DNA from: a bacterium
Lineage (GTDB): Bacteria > Patescibacteriota > Minisyncoccia > Phycocordibacterales > UBA2163
NCBI GenBank assembly: GCA_018648925.1
Contig: JABGQE010000002.1
Span: 1 to 26,359, forward strand
DNA: 26,359 nucleotides
Direction: 5' to 3'
Positions 16,076 through 24,266 of the stretch are shown here, piece by piece. Under the pieces are notes generated by a model. It was not told where the DNA came from, ran no database searches, and saw only the letters and a program-made list of their open reading frames with translations. The position numbers were made by a program, and so were the translations under genes. Position 1 is the first letter of the stretch. Every line of letters starts with the position of its first letter.

Positions 16076-16780
16076 TCAGTTCACATACGCTTCAAGTATA
16101 GCTATTTCATTTGTTACCTTTAGCTTTTCAGCAATTTCTGAGAATAATGTTTTATTACTTAATCCAACTATCAATTTATCTAATTTTGTAAGTCCAGGAT
16201 ATGGAATAAGAGTATAAGTTTTCCATTCGCCATTTTTAAATTGATATTTTGTTCCATTTATAAACACAGGTATTTCGTGGAGTACATATTCTGACAGGCT
16301 CTCTAATCTTACCTCGTCTAAGTTTCTGTCAGGTCTACCTTCTTTTATTATTGAGTAGACGTAATCATGAAATTCTTTATTGTTCTTAAAAGCATCACGA
16401 ACTACTTCTAGCCTGTGTTCATGATACTTAGTCTTACTAACATCTTTCCACCTAGCTATTGTTACTTTACTGGCTTCATCTTTTGGTAGAGTTGAGAGAA
16501 TCTCTTCTATCTTCTTTTGTTTTTCATCAGCCAATCTATAAGCTCTTTTTAAAGCTCTCGCTTTAGACCGACCATCTAATATCTCTATGTTGATTGCATA
16601 AATATCGTCTGCTATTAAAACAAGAACACCATCTTTTGTGTGTTGTAGTGCCCATTCAATATATTTTCTTATATTCTCCTTAGTAAAATATTTGTTTCCA
16701 AGACTGACACCAATCCATATATTGTGTTTTTTGGATTCAACTTCATCTTTTGTTGTGTTTACATATTGTTTAATTCTCAT
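16076..16780 (-). CDS. tRNA-dependent cyclodipeptide synthase (CDPS), XYP subfamily
   Basis: IWIGVSLGNKYF (catalytic Ser plus Asn), VLIAD, RWKDV, YVLHEIP (YxxxExP with catalytic Glu) and LIPYPG (Tyr-Pro); 234 aa, typical CDPS size. Confidence 0.85.
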   Translation of the reverse strand: MRIKQYVNTTKDEVESKKHNIWIGVSLGNKYFTKENIRKYIEWALQHTKDGVLVLIADDIYAINIEILDGRSKARALKRAYRLADEKQKKIEEILSTLPKDEASKVTIARWKDVSKTKYHEHRLEVVRDAFKNNKEFHDYVYSIIKEGRPDRNLDEVRLESLSEYVLHEIPVFINGTKYQFKNGEWKTYTLIPYPGLTKLDKLIVGLSNKTLFSEIAEKLKVTNEIAILEAYVN

Positions 16781-16805
16781 ATTCCAAAATATACCATAAT
16801 ATCTA

Positions 16806-17471
16806 TTATTCTAAGGCCTTGCCTTGGATATTATTGAATTCTTCTATGAGTTCCTTGAAATCATTCAATTGAGAAAAGTGTTCTGGAAAAGAATCTTTGC
16901 TAAGAATTAGCTTATCAGACCTATCCCCTAAAAAATAATCGTGATAGCTTGAATACTTATAATCATCTATAAAATTCTTAGCTTTTGTTGGGTTAGAAAT
17001 ACCCTCTTCTTTCCAATTTGAATCAACCAATTTAACAGGATTAAGATGTATGTATGAAAACACCCAATTTAAATATTCATCAGTATCAATATGTTTTGAA
17101 TTGAATTTACTTTCAAACAATGATCCCTTTCTTTCATATTTTTTATTAAAATACATTGAGTATGCTGTTAATAATTTTTGCATAAACAAACTAATACCAC
17201 CCTCTACTCTCTCATATAAAAGAATATGAAAATGATTAGGCATTAAACAATACGCTCCAATATCAACAAGGCTTTCTCCTCTTTCTATCTCATCCAAGGC
17301 CTTGCCTTGGATTAATTTAAATATAATAGATTTACTACTATTACACACAAACAAAAGTTTTATAAACCTTCTTTTATCTGCTTCATCTAAAAAGATAGTG
17401 TTCTTTAATATCCCTCGATTATATATATGATAATGTTCACCTATTACAAAAGGAGTTTTTCTTAAAGACAT
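16806..17471 (-). CDS. REP-associated tyrosine transposase (RAYT; HUH Y1, IS200/IS605 superfamily)
   Basis: YHIYNRG, AYCLMPNHFH (HUH), SLFESKF, YIHLNPVK (catalytic Tyr) and YKYSSY. Confidence 0.92.
   Translation of the reverse strand: MSLRKTPFVIGEHYHIYNRGILKNTIFLDEADKRRFIKLLFVCNSSKSIIFKLIQGKALDEIERGESLVDIGAYCLMPNHFHILLYERVEGGISLFMQKLLTAYSMYFNKKYERKGSLFESKFNSKHIDTDEYLNWVFSYIHLNPVKLVDSNWKEEGISNPTKAKNFIDDYKYSSYHDYFLGDRSDKLILSKDSFPEHFSQLNDFKELIEEFNNIQGKALE
16810..16828. repeat. REP-like palindrome copy 2, in frame at the RAYT C-terminus
   Basis: TCTAAGG-CCTTG-CCTTGGA (one wobble); encodes IQGKALE immediately before the stop. Confidence 0.85.
17292..17312. repeat. REP-like palindrome copy 3, in frame inside RAYT
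   Basis: ATCCAAGG-CCTTG-CCTTGGAT; encodes IQGKALD upstream of the HUH strand. Confidence 0.9.
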
Positions 17472-17479
17472 GTAATAAT

Positions 17480-17508
17480 ATTATAGAGGTATATTCTGCA
17501 CATTCCAA
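17480..17508 (-). promoter_or_regulatory. Putative RAYT promoter with -35 box inside REP copy 4
   Basis: Minus strand TTGGAA-17 nt-TATAAT, 8 nt before the ATG. Confidence 0.55.
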
Positions 17509-17522
17509 GGCAAGGCCTTGGA
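17504..17522. repeat. REP-like palindrome copy 4, loop inverted relative to copies 2 and 3
   Basis: TCCAAGG-CAAGG-CCTTGGA, between the pth stop and the RAYT start. Confidence 0.9.
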
Positions 17523-17528
17523 CAACAA

Positions 17529-18119
17529 TTATCTATTAAACTCATTCATTGCATTAGACCTTCCTTCTTTTATTATCACTTCAAGCGCTTCATTTACTTT
17601 TTTGAATACTTTCTTAAGTATTTCTGTTTCTTTCTTTTTAAAGTCCCCTAATATAAAATCTATTACTTTCTGTTCTGTTTTTATTTTTTTGATTTTCCCA
17701 GATGGTGTCGCAGGTGCAATACCAACCCTTATACGAATAAAATCTTTTGTTTTTATACTACGCACGATAGACTCTATTCCTTTATGCCCACCTGACCCCC
17801 TACCAAATGAGATCTTAATCTTACCAAGTGGCATATCAAGATCATCGTAGATAACAACCAAATTCTCTGCTTTCTTTTTACTTGTAATAAGTGGCTTTAT
17901 AGAAAGTCCCGACTTATTCATAAACCCTTGTGGCAATAAAAGCTCAATTTTTTGCTTTCCTATCTTCCCTTCAGTTACAAAAGCCTTTAATTTTTTATTA
18001 TTTTCAAAAGTAGCAAGTTTATTTTTCTTTGCAAAACTTTCCACAGAAAGAGCGCCCGTGTTGTGCCGAGTGTTTTCGTATTCTTCACCTGGGTTTCCAA
18101 GTCCTACTATGTAAATCAT
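17529..18119 (-). CDS. pth: Peptidyl-tRNA hydrolase
   Basis: IVGLGNPGEEYENTRHNTG, FMNKSG, YDDLD, GSGGHKG and RIRVGI. Confidence 0.96.
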   Translation of the reverse strand: MIYIVGLGNPGEEYENTRHNTGALSVESFAKKNKLATFENNKKLKAFVTEGKIGKQKIELLLPQGFMNKSGLSIKPLITSKKKAENLVVIYDDLDMPLGKIKISFGRGSGGHKGIESIVRSIKTKDFIRIRVGIAPATPSGKIKKIKTEQKVIDFILGDFKKKETEILKKVFKKVNEALEVIIKEGRSNAMNEFNR

Positions 18120-18185
18120 AAAAAGATTATATCACACACTTTTAAATATTGTGTCAAACAGATGTTTCAAGTACAATGTGTGTAA

Positions 18186-18734
18186 ATGGAACCTAAAAAA
18201 GAAAACTTTTTTAAAGAAGTTCTAAAATTCTCCCTCATTGCGATTCTTATAGTCGCTCCAATACGTATTTTTATTGCACAGCCATTTGTAGTAAGTGGTG
18301 CATCTATGCAACCGAACTTTGACAGTAGCCAATACCTTATAGTTGACCAATTAAGCTATCAGTTTGGTACACCTGAGCGTGGAGAGGTGATTATTTTCAA
18401 ATACCCCAAAGACCCCTCAACTTTTTTCATAAAAAGAGTTATAGGACTCCCAAATGAGACTGTTATTATGGATTCTGGGAATCTTATTATAAAGAACACT
18501 GATTTTCCTGACGGATTTGCCATAGAAGAACCTTATATAAAAGAAGCAACAGAGGATACTTTCATTACAAAATTAGCAGATGATGAATACTTTGTACTCG
18601 GAGACAACCGGAAGCACAGCTCCGACTCAAGAATATGGGGACCTCTCAATGATAAATTTGTTGTTGGGAAAGCTTTTTTGAGATTATTCCCAGTTAATAA
18701 GTTTGACGTACATCCTGGAGATTATAGTAAATAA
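18186..18734 (+). CDS. lepB: Signal peptidase I
   Basis: TM anchor, VSGASMQP (catalytic Ser), FIKRVIGLP (catalytic Lys) and GDNRKHSSDSR. Confidence 0.95.
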   Translation: MEPKKENFFKEVLKFSLIAILIVAPIRIFIAQPFVVSGASMQPNFDSSQYLIVDQLSYQFGTPERGEVIIFKYPKDPSTFFIKRVIGLPNETVIMDSGNLIIKNTDFPDGFAIEEPYIKEATEDTFITKLADDEYFVLGDNRKHSSDSRIWGPLNDKFVVGKAFLRLFPVNKFDVHPGDYSK

Positions 18735-18746
18735 TAATAAATACCT

Positions 18747-20003
18747 ATGATACATACAAAGACATTATCTAAATCAAATCCTACAGACTTATTAAAAAGA
18801 GCTATAGGTATTGCATCGTGTTATGGCTTTGACAATATAGATAAAGTAATAACACAAGAAAAAAAATGGACTTCTGATATGAAAGAGAAAAGCGATAAAG
18901 AAGAATTATTAAATACAAAAAAAGCTCCCGTACAAAATGTACGCCAGAAATGCATAAAGCAAAGCACAAAAACTTGCAACACTGACTCAGCTGGTGATGA
19001 AGCTCTTTGTGCACTAAAGACAGCCATTGATAATGGACTCCTACCATGTGAACATCCTCTTTTAATACACCAAAGTAATGTTGTAAATAATTTAAAAGAA
19101 AAGAAGCTACACTTTGGGCTTGTTGCAGTTGGTATGAAGAAAAGCATCGCTGAAGCGCTTATCATAAAGACAGCAACGGCTATACTGGAAGATATGGGTA
19201 TAGATAATATCCAAGTATGTATAAACAGCATCGGGGACAAAGACTCGTCTTCAAAATTTGTAACTGAACTTAATTCATACTTTAGAAAAAACATAAACTC
19301 TGTCCCCTCTCAAATAAGACAAACAATAAAGAAAGATATCTTCAAAGCATATGACCAGCTTCACAGAGGGTATAGTTCGGGCGAAGAAGAGATCCCACAA
19401 CCTATTAAATTCTTGTCAGACAGTAACAGAAAGCACTTGAGTGAAGTACTTGAATATATGGAGACGGGAGACGTGCCCTACGAAATAGATAATTTTCTTG
19501 TAGGAAGTAACGAATGTTATTCTCAAACACTTTTTGAAATACGTCATATGCAAGAATCAGAAGCTGAAGATATTTCTGTGCTTGCAAAGGGTGGTAGGTG
19601 CGACGAACTTGTAAAAAGAATGTTCAATGTTGATATTCCAACTGTTAGTCTTGTATTTGAATTTGAAAAGAAAAATATAAAAGAGAAAGAATTATTTGCA
19701 CTTAAAAGAACTCGTAAACCAAAAGTGTACTTCATACAGCTTGGCCCTGAAGCAAAAAGGCGAAGTCTTCCTATAATCGACATTCTGCGCAAATCAAATA
19801 TTCACACCCAACACTCATTAGATAGTGACAAATTAGCAGACCAGTTGTCTTTTGCACAATACTTTAAAGTCCCGTATGCAATAATAATGGGCCATCGTGA
19901 AGCGCTTGACGGCACTGTAATAGTGCGTGATATGAACACACAATTCCAACATACCGTACTAACAGACGACTTACCTCAATACCTAAAAGATATGCACGTT
20001 TAA
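18747..20003 (+). CDS. Histidyl-tRNA synthetase-like protein with degenerate catalytic domain and intact anticodon-binding domain
   Basis: HisRS-like AKGGRCD (motif 3 region) and C-terminal KVYFIQLG...QLSFAQYFKVPYAIIMGHRE...VIVRDM. No recognisable PRGTxD, motif 2 or LVRGLDYY. Confidence 0.75.
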   Translation: MIHTKTLSKSNPTDLLKRAIGIASCYGFDNIDKVITQEKKWTSDMKEKSDKEELLNTKKAPVQNVRQKCIKQSTKTCNTDSAGDEALCALKTAIDNGLLPCEHPLLIHQSNVVNNLKEKKLHFGLVAVGMKKSIAEALIIKTATAILEDMGIDNIQVCINSIGDKDSSSKFVTELNSYFRKNINSVPSQIRQTIKKDIFKAYDQLHRGYSSGEEEIPQPIKFLSDSNRKHLSEVLEYMETGDVPYEIDNFLVGSNECYSQTLFEIRHMQESEAEDISVLAKGGRCDELVKRMFNVDIPTVSLVFEFEKKNIKEKELFALKRTRKPKVYFIQLGPEAKRRSLPIIDILRKSNIHTQHSLDSDKLADQLSFAQYFKVPYAIIMGHREALDGTVIVRDMNTQFQHTVLTDDLPQYLKDMHV

Positions 20004-20049
20004 TATAGCATTGTAAATCTATATATTATGTGGTATCTTATATCACTAT

Positions 20050-20301
20050 ATGAGTATAAATGTTCGAGTAGAAAAAAATGACAAAGAAAATACAGCTGGC
20101 CTTCTGAGAAGGTTTACTAAGCGTGTGCGTGGGTCTGGGATACTCTCCAGAGTACGTGGTATCAGATACTATGACAGACAAAAATCAGACTATGTAAAGA
20201 AAAAGAAGACTCTAAAAAGAATCAGCAAAAGAGCAGATCGTGAAGAACAGATAAAACTTGGTAAAATAGTAGAACAAACAGGTAGATTTAGAAGAAGGTA
20301 A
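20050..20301 (+). CDS. rpsU: 30S ribosomal protein bS21
   Basis: Basic 83-aa protein with LLRRFTKRVRGSGIL...RYYDRQKS and a Lys-rich helix. Confidence 0.75.
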   Translation: MSINVRVEKNDKENTAGLLRRFTKRVRGSGILSRVRGIRYYDRQKSDYVKKKKTLKRISKRADREEQIKLGKIVEQTGRFRRR

Positions 20302-20304
20302 ACA

Positions 20305-20691
20305 ATGAAAAAATCGGATAATTTTTCAATAACAAATAAAACAAAAAGTAAGCCTAAAAGCTTACTTTTTGTTCGTATAAAAAATGACGTACTTGGCAAA
20401 GATTTTGAACTTAGCCTTGTATTTATAGGGAGTACTAAATCTAGAGCGTTTAATAAAGAATATAGAAAAAAAGACAAGCCCACTAATATCCTGACTTTCC
20501 CTCTCTCAAAAACAGAAGGTGAGATATTCATAACTCCAGAAGTGGCAAAGCGTGACGCTAAGAAATTTGATATGAAAGAGAATGATTTTATAGTGTATTT
20601 ATTCATACACGGACTACTTCACTTGAATGGCCTAAAGCATGGAGACAAAATGGACAAAGAAGAGGAAAAATTAAAGAAAAAGTATATTTAA
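20305..20691 (+). CDS. ybeY: rRNA maturation endoribonuclease YbeY
   Basis: NKEYRKKDKPTNILTFP, GEIFI and HGLLHLNGLKH zinc motif. Confidence 0.92.
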   Translation: MKKSDNFSITNKTKSKPKSLLFVRIKNDVLGKDFELSLVFIGSTKSRAFNKEYRKKDKPTNILTFPLSKTEGEIFITPEVAKRDAKKFDMKENDFIVYLFIHGLLHLNGLKHGDKMDKEEEKLKKKYI

Positions 20692-20735
20692 AATTTGGGG
20701 GTTTTGCGTGTTGTGTTGTATAATTATTTCATAAT

Positions 20736-21941
20736 ATGGCGCGTAATATCACAACAGGAATAGATATCGGTACATACCAAATAAAAGTGGTGGTAACAGA
20801 GTACGGTAAAAATGGAAACGGTAATATGCCTAAGATAATAGGTACCGGTTTTGCGCAATCTAAAGGTCTTCGTCATGGTTATATAATCAACCAGAACGAC
20901 ACAGTCAGAAGTATCACTACGGCAGTAGCACAAGCTGAAAAGTCAGCTGGTATAAAGATCAAAAAAGCATTCATCTCTATAGGCGGTGTAGGACTAGAGG
21001 AAGTACATTCCAAAGGAGGCGCTGTGGTTGCAAGAGCTGATTCAGAAATCACAGATTTAGATATTGAGAAAGCAATAAAAGACAGCGAGAAAAGAGTTGC
21101 ACAAAAAATCGCAAATAGAAAAATCCTACACGAAATCCCCCTTCAATACAAAATAGACGGACAAAAAGTTCTTGGTAAACCACAAGGAATGCGCGGGAGC
21201 AAAATTGAATTAGACGTACTTTTTGTTACGTGTCTTGAGCAACATTTAAATGACCTCATCTCATCTGTAGAAGATGCTGGTATCGTAGTAGAAGACGTGA
21301 TGGCGTCCCCTTTGGCTGGAAGTTTTGTCACATTAAGTCGAGCGCAAAAAGTAGCAGGCTCTGTACTTGCAAACATAGGGGCTGAGACTGTCTCTATAGT
21401 AGTATTTGAAAACAATATGCCTGTATCACTTAAAGTATTTTCAATTGGTGGGACAGATATAACAAACGATATAGCCCTAGGACTTAAGATCCCTCTTGAT
21501 CAAGCAGAGCGGGTAAAAACAGGTGCTCTCTCTGGTGCTGAATTCCCACAGAAAAAGCTAGACGAAATCATAAGCGCAAGACTTTCTGATATATTTGAAC
21601 TTATTGAATCGCATTTAAAAAAGATTGGCAAAAACGGATTACTCCCTGCAGGGATTATAATCACAGGTGGTGGCTCAGGCATAGCAACTATAGAAGACCT
21701 TGCACGCGCCGCACTTAAGCTTCCTTCAAAAACTTCTTCTGGTTTTGTCGGCGACAATGTCCTGCCTGCCGGCAGGCAGGGATCAGTAGTAGTACAAGGA
21801 AACGTACGGGACTCTTCATGGGCAGTTGCATACGGACTTTGTATCTGGGGACTCTCAACTGAGGAAGATGGCGTAGGAGTAAAGCTTGCAAAACAAACTG
21901 GTGGAAGCATCGTGCAGTGGGTAAAGCAATTTTTGCCATAA
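20736..21941 (+). CDS. ftsA: Cell division protein FtsA
   Basis: GIDIGT, KGLRHGYI, ANIGAETV, IIITGGGS and a C-terminal amphipathic helix; directly upstream of ftsZ. Confidence 0.95.
   Translation: MARNITTGIDIGTYQIKVVVTEYGKNGNGNMPKIIGTGFAQSKGLRHGYIINQNDTVRSITTAVAQAEKSAGIKIKKAFISIGGVGLEEVHSKGGAVVARADSEITDLDIEKAIKDSEKRVAQKIANRKILHEIPLQYKIDGQKVLGKPQGMRGSKIELDVLFVTCLEQHLNDLISSVEDAGIVVEDVMASPLAGSFVTLSRAQKVAGSVLANIGAETVSIVVFENNMPVSLKVFSIGGTDITNDIALGLKIPLDQAERVKTGALSGAEFPQKKLDEIISARLSDIFELIESHLKKIGKNGLLPAGIIITGGGSGIATIEDLARAALKLPSKTSSGFVGDNVLPAGRQGSVVVQGNVRDSSWAVAYGLCIWGLSTEEDGVGVKLAKQTGGSIVQWVKQFLP
21761..21780. repeat. Perfect 20-bp palindrome in frame within ftsA
   Basis: CCTGCCTGCC-GGCAGGCAGG, GC-rich against an AT-rich background; read as (V)LPAGRQ(G). 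Confidence 0.9.
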
Positions 21942-22046
21942 ACCTCATAAAAATTAAGACATAAACAGCACCTCTGTCAAAGTTCACAAGGTGTTTTTTA
22001 TCTGCTATTATGGTGACAAATTAACCAATATAAATATTAAAAATAT

Positions 22047-23252
22047 ATGAAACAAGTTAAACCTGATGTAGAATCTTTCGCAAGAATCCGAGTAATCGGA
22101 GTCGGAGGATCTGGAAATAACGCCATAAACCATATGATTAACTCCAAAGTTAAAGGGGTTGAATTTGTTTCTGTAAATACAGACGCTCAAGACTTACACC
22201 ATTCATCTGCAAAGAAGAAAATCCATATTGGTAAAAACCTGACACGCGGTCTCGGCACTGGTATGAATCCAGAGCTTGGAAGACGTGCAGCAGAAGAAAC
22301 AAAAGAAGAAATTCAAGAAGTTACAAAAGGTTCAGACATGGTTTTCATAACATGTGGACAAGGTGGAGGTACAGGTACAGGAGCAGCTCCAGTGATAGCA
22401 AATACAGCTCGTGAGTCAGGAGCACTTACAGTCGGTATAGTTACAAAACCATTCACATTTGAAGGACAACACAGAATGGAGCTTGCAGAAAAAGGACTTG
22501 AAAATTTGAAAAAAGAAGTTGATGCGCTTATTATAATTCCAAACGATAGACTTCTTGCAGTAGTAGACAAAGATACAAGTGTTAAAAATGCATTTGGTAT
22601 GTCAGATGATATATTACTTCAAGCAGTTGAGGGCATCTCTGACCTAATCACAACACCCGGAACAATCAATGTAGACTTCGCAGACATACGTTCAGTCATG
22701 GAGAATGCAGGTTCAGCACTTATGGGTATCGGTATTGCAGGTGGAGAGAAACGAGCAGAAGAAGCAGCACGAATGGCTATCTCATCTCCTCTTCTTGAAA
22801 TATCTATAAATGGTGCTAAAGGAGTATTATTTGCAGTTGCAGGTGGTGATGACTTAGGAATGCTTGAGATTCAAGAAGCGGCTAAAGTTATTACAGAATC
22901 TATAGACCCACATGCTAAAGTAATCTTCGGAACTATTAAAGACGACTCTATTAAGAAAAACGAAGTTAAGGTTACTGTCATCGCAACAGGATTTCCTGAT
23001 AATATCCTGCACAAAAGCCCTGCACTATTCCAGTCTGGTAGCGTGCATGAAGCTGATGAAAAAGTAAAAGACTTAGATAAAGACAAAGTACGAGGAAAGA
23101 TCTTCAATGCAATTAATAAAGATGCGGAAAAAGACATTCCAGCCCCCCAAGCTCCAAAGACACCAGACGAAGAGAACAAGAAGAAAGAAGATGACGACGA
23201 TGACGACTGGGGTGTAGTACCAGCATTTCTAAGAAGATCTAAAATTAAATAA
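22047..23252 (+). CDS. ftsZ: Cell division protein FtsZ
   Basis: [30 protein letters not shown] and C-terminal VPAFLRR. Confidence 0.98.
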   Translation: MKQVKPDVESFARIRVIGVGGSGNNAINHMINSKVKGVEFVSVNTDAQDLHHSSAKKKIHIGKNLTRGLGTGMNPELGRRAAEETKEEIQEVTKGSDMVFITCGQGGGTGTGAAPVIANTARESGALTVGIVTKPFTFEGQHRMELAEKGLENLKKEVDALIIIPNDRLLAVVDKDTSVKNAFGMSDDILLQAVEGISDLITTPGTINVDFADIRSVMENAGSALMGIGIAGGEKRAEEAARMAISSPLLEISINGAKGVLFAVAGGDDLGMLEIQEAAKVITESIDPHAKVIFGTIKDDSIKKNEVKVTVIATGFPDNILHKSPALFQSGSVHEADEKVKDLDKDKVRGKIFNAINKDAEKDIPAPQAPKTPDEENKKKEDDDDDDWGVVPAFLRRSKIK

Positions 23253-23255
23253 AAA

Positions 23256-23295
23256 TACAAAAAAAGAAACTGGAAAATCAGTTTCTTTTTTTGTA
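23256..23295. terminator. Intrinsic terminator after ftsZ
   Basis: Perfect 17-bp inverted repeat TACAAAAAAAGAAACTG-GAAAAT-CAGTTTCTTTTTTTGTA. Confidence 0.85.
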
Positions 23296-23341
23296 TAATA
23301 TACCAACAATTTTCTTTTAATAACTAACAATAAAACCTACT

Positions 23342-24265
23342 ATGTATGATCTTATAATTATAGGCGGTGGTCCTGCAGGAGTTGCAGCAGGAGTCTATGC
23401 CTCACGCAAGAGGCTTAAAACCGCTCTCATAGCATGTGAGCTAAGCGGACAAAGCGCAGTTTCAGAAGATGTTCAAAACTGGATAGGAACAGTCTCAATC
23501 CCCGGGAGTGAGCTTGCAGAAAATATGAAAAAGCACCTTCATGCTTATGCAGAAGATGTTGTAGACATCATAGAAGGCGAAAAAATAAAAACTCTTTCAA
23601 AGTCAAATGATGATTTTATAGCTGTAACTGAAAATGGCAAAGAATATAAAGGTAAGAACGTACTCATAGCATCAGGTGCCAATAGAAGAAAGCTAACGGT
23701 CCCAGGTGCAGATATATTTGAACACAAAGGCCTTACTTACTGTGCATCATGTGATGGACCAGTATTCTCGGGTCAAGACGTAGTGGTTATAGGAGGAGGA
23801 AATGCAGGCTTTGAGACAGCTGCGCAACTTCTAGCATATACTAAAAGTGTTACACTTTTATGCAGAAAACCAGTATGTAAAGCAGATCCCGTTACTGTAA
23901 AGAAAGTCTCTGCTCATCCTAATATGACAGTACTTACAGAATCTGATATTACAGAAGTAAAAGGAGACGGTTTCGTAACAGGTATCTCATATAAAGATAT
24001 AAAGACAGGAGAAGTTAAAGACATACAAGTAAACGGCGTATTTGTAGAGATAGGAAATATACCATCAACAGACTTTGTAAAAGATGTAGTAAAACTAGAC
24101 GATTTCAGTAGAATAATCACAGATCCTAAGAACCAACAGACATCTACACCGGGTATATGGGCAGCAGGAGACGTCACAGACGAGCTATACCACCAGAACA
24201 ACATAGCAGCAGGGGATGCTGTAAAAGCTGTGGAGGACATCTACCAAGCGCACGCAGCACGATAA
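23342..24265 (+). CDS. trxB: Thioredoxin reductase-like FAD disulfide oxidoreductase (TrxB / AhpF C-terminal type)
   Basis: IIGGGPAG, YCASCDG redox pair, IGGGNAG and TSTPGIWAAGD. Confidence 0.85.
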   Translation: MYDLIIIGGGPAGVAAGVYASRKRLKTALIACELSGQSAVSEDVQNWIGTVSIPGSELAENMKKHLHAYAEDVVDIIEGEKIKTLSKSNDDFIAVTENGKEYKGKNVLIASGANRRKLTVPGADIFEHKGLTYCASCDGPVFSGQDVVVIGGGNAGFETAAQLLAYTKSVTLLCRKPVCKADPVTVKKVSAHPNMTVLTESDITEVKGDGFVTGISYKDIKTGEVKDIQVNGVFVEIGNIPSTDFVKDVVKLDDFSRIITDPKNQQTSTPGIWAAGDVTDELYHQNNIAAGDAVKAVEDIYQAHAAR

Positions 24266-24266
24266 T

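Larger units (their letters stand above)
16041..17522 (-). mobile_element. Putative REP-delimited RAYT + cyclodipeptide synthase cassette
   Basis: Four TCCAAGG-N5-CCTTGGA palindromes bound and subdivide an HUH transposase gene and a CDPS gene placed between the rpsA terminator and the pth stop. Mobility itself is inferred. Confidence 0.6.

Noticed and set aside
16041-17522. CRISPR array or classical IS200/IS605 element with TnpB
   Set aside because: The repeats are irregularly spaced and separated by genes, with no cas genes and no tnpB. No CRISPR array was seen anywhere in the window.
18747-20003. Calling this gene hisS or hisZ
   Set aside because: The catalytic motifs needed for hisS are not recognisable. 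HisZ lacks the anticodon-binding domain present here, and there is no hisG nearby.
21966-21999. Possible terminator between ftsA and ftsZ (AGCACCT...AGGTGTTTTTT)
   Set aside because: Short stem with a wobble and a 15-nt loop; too weak to list as a feature.
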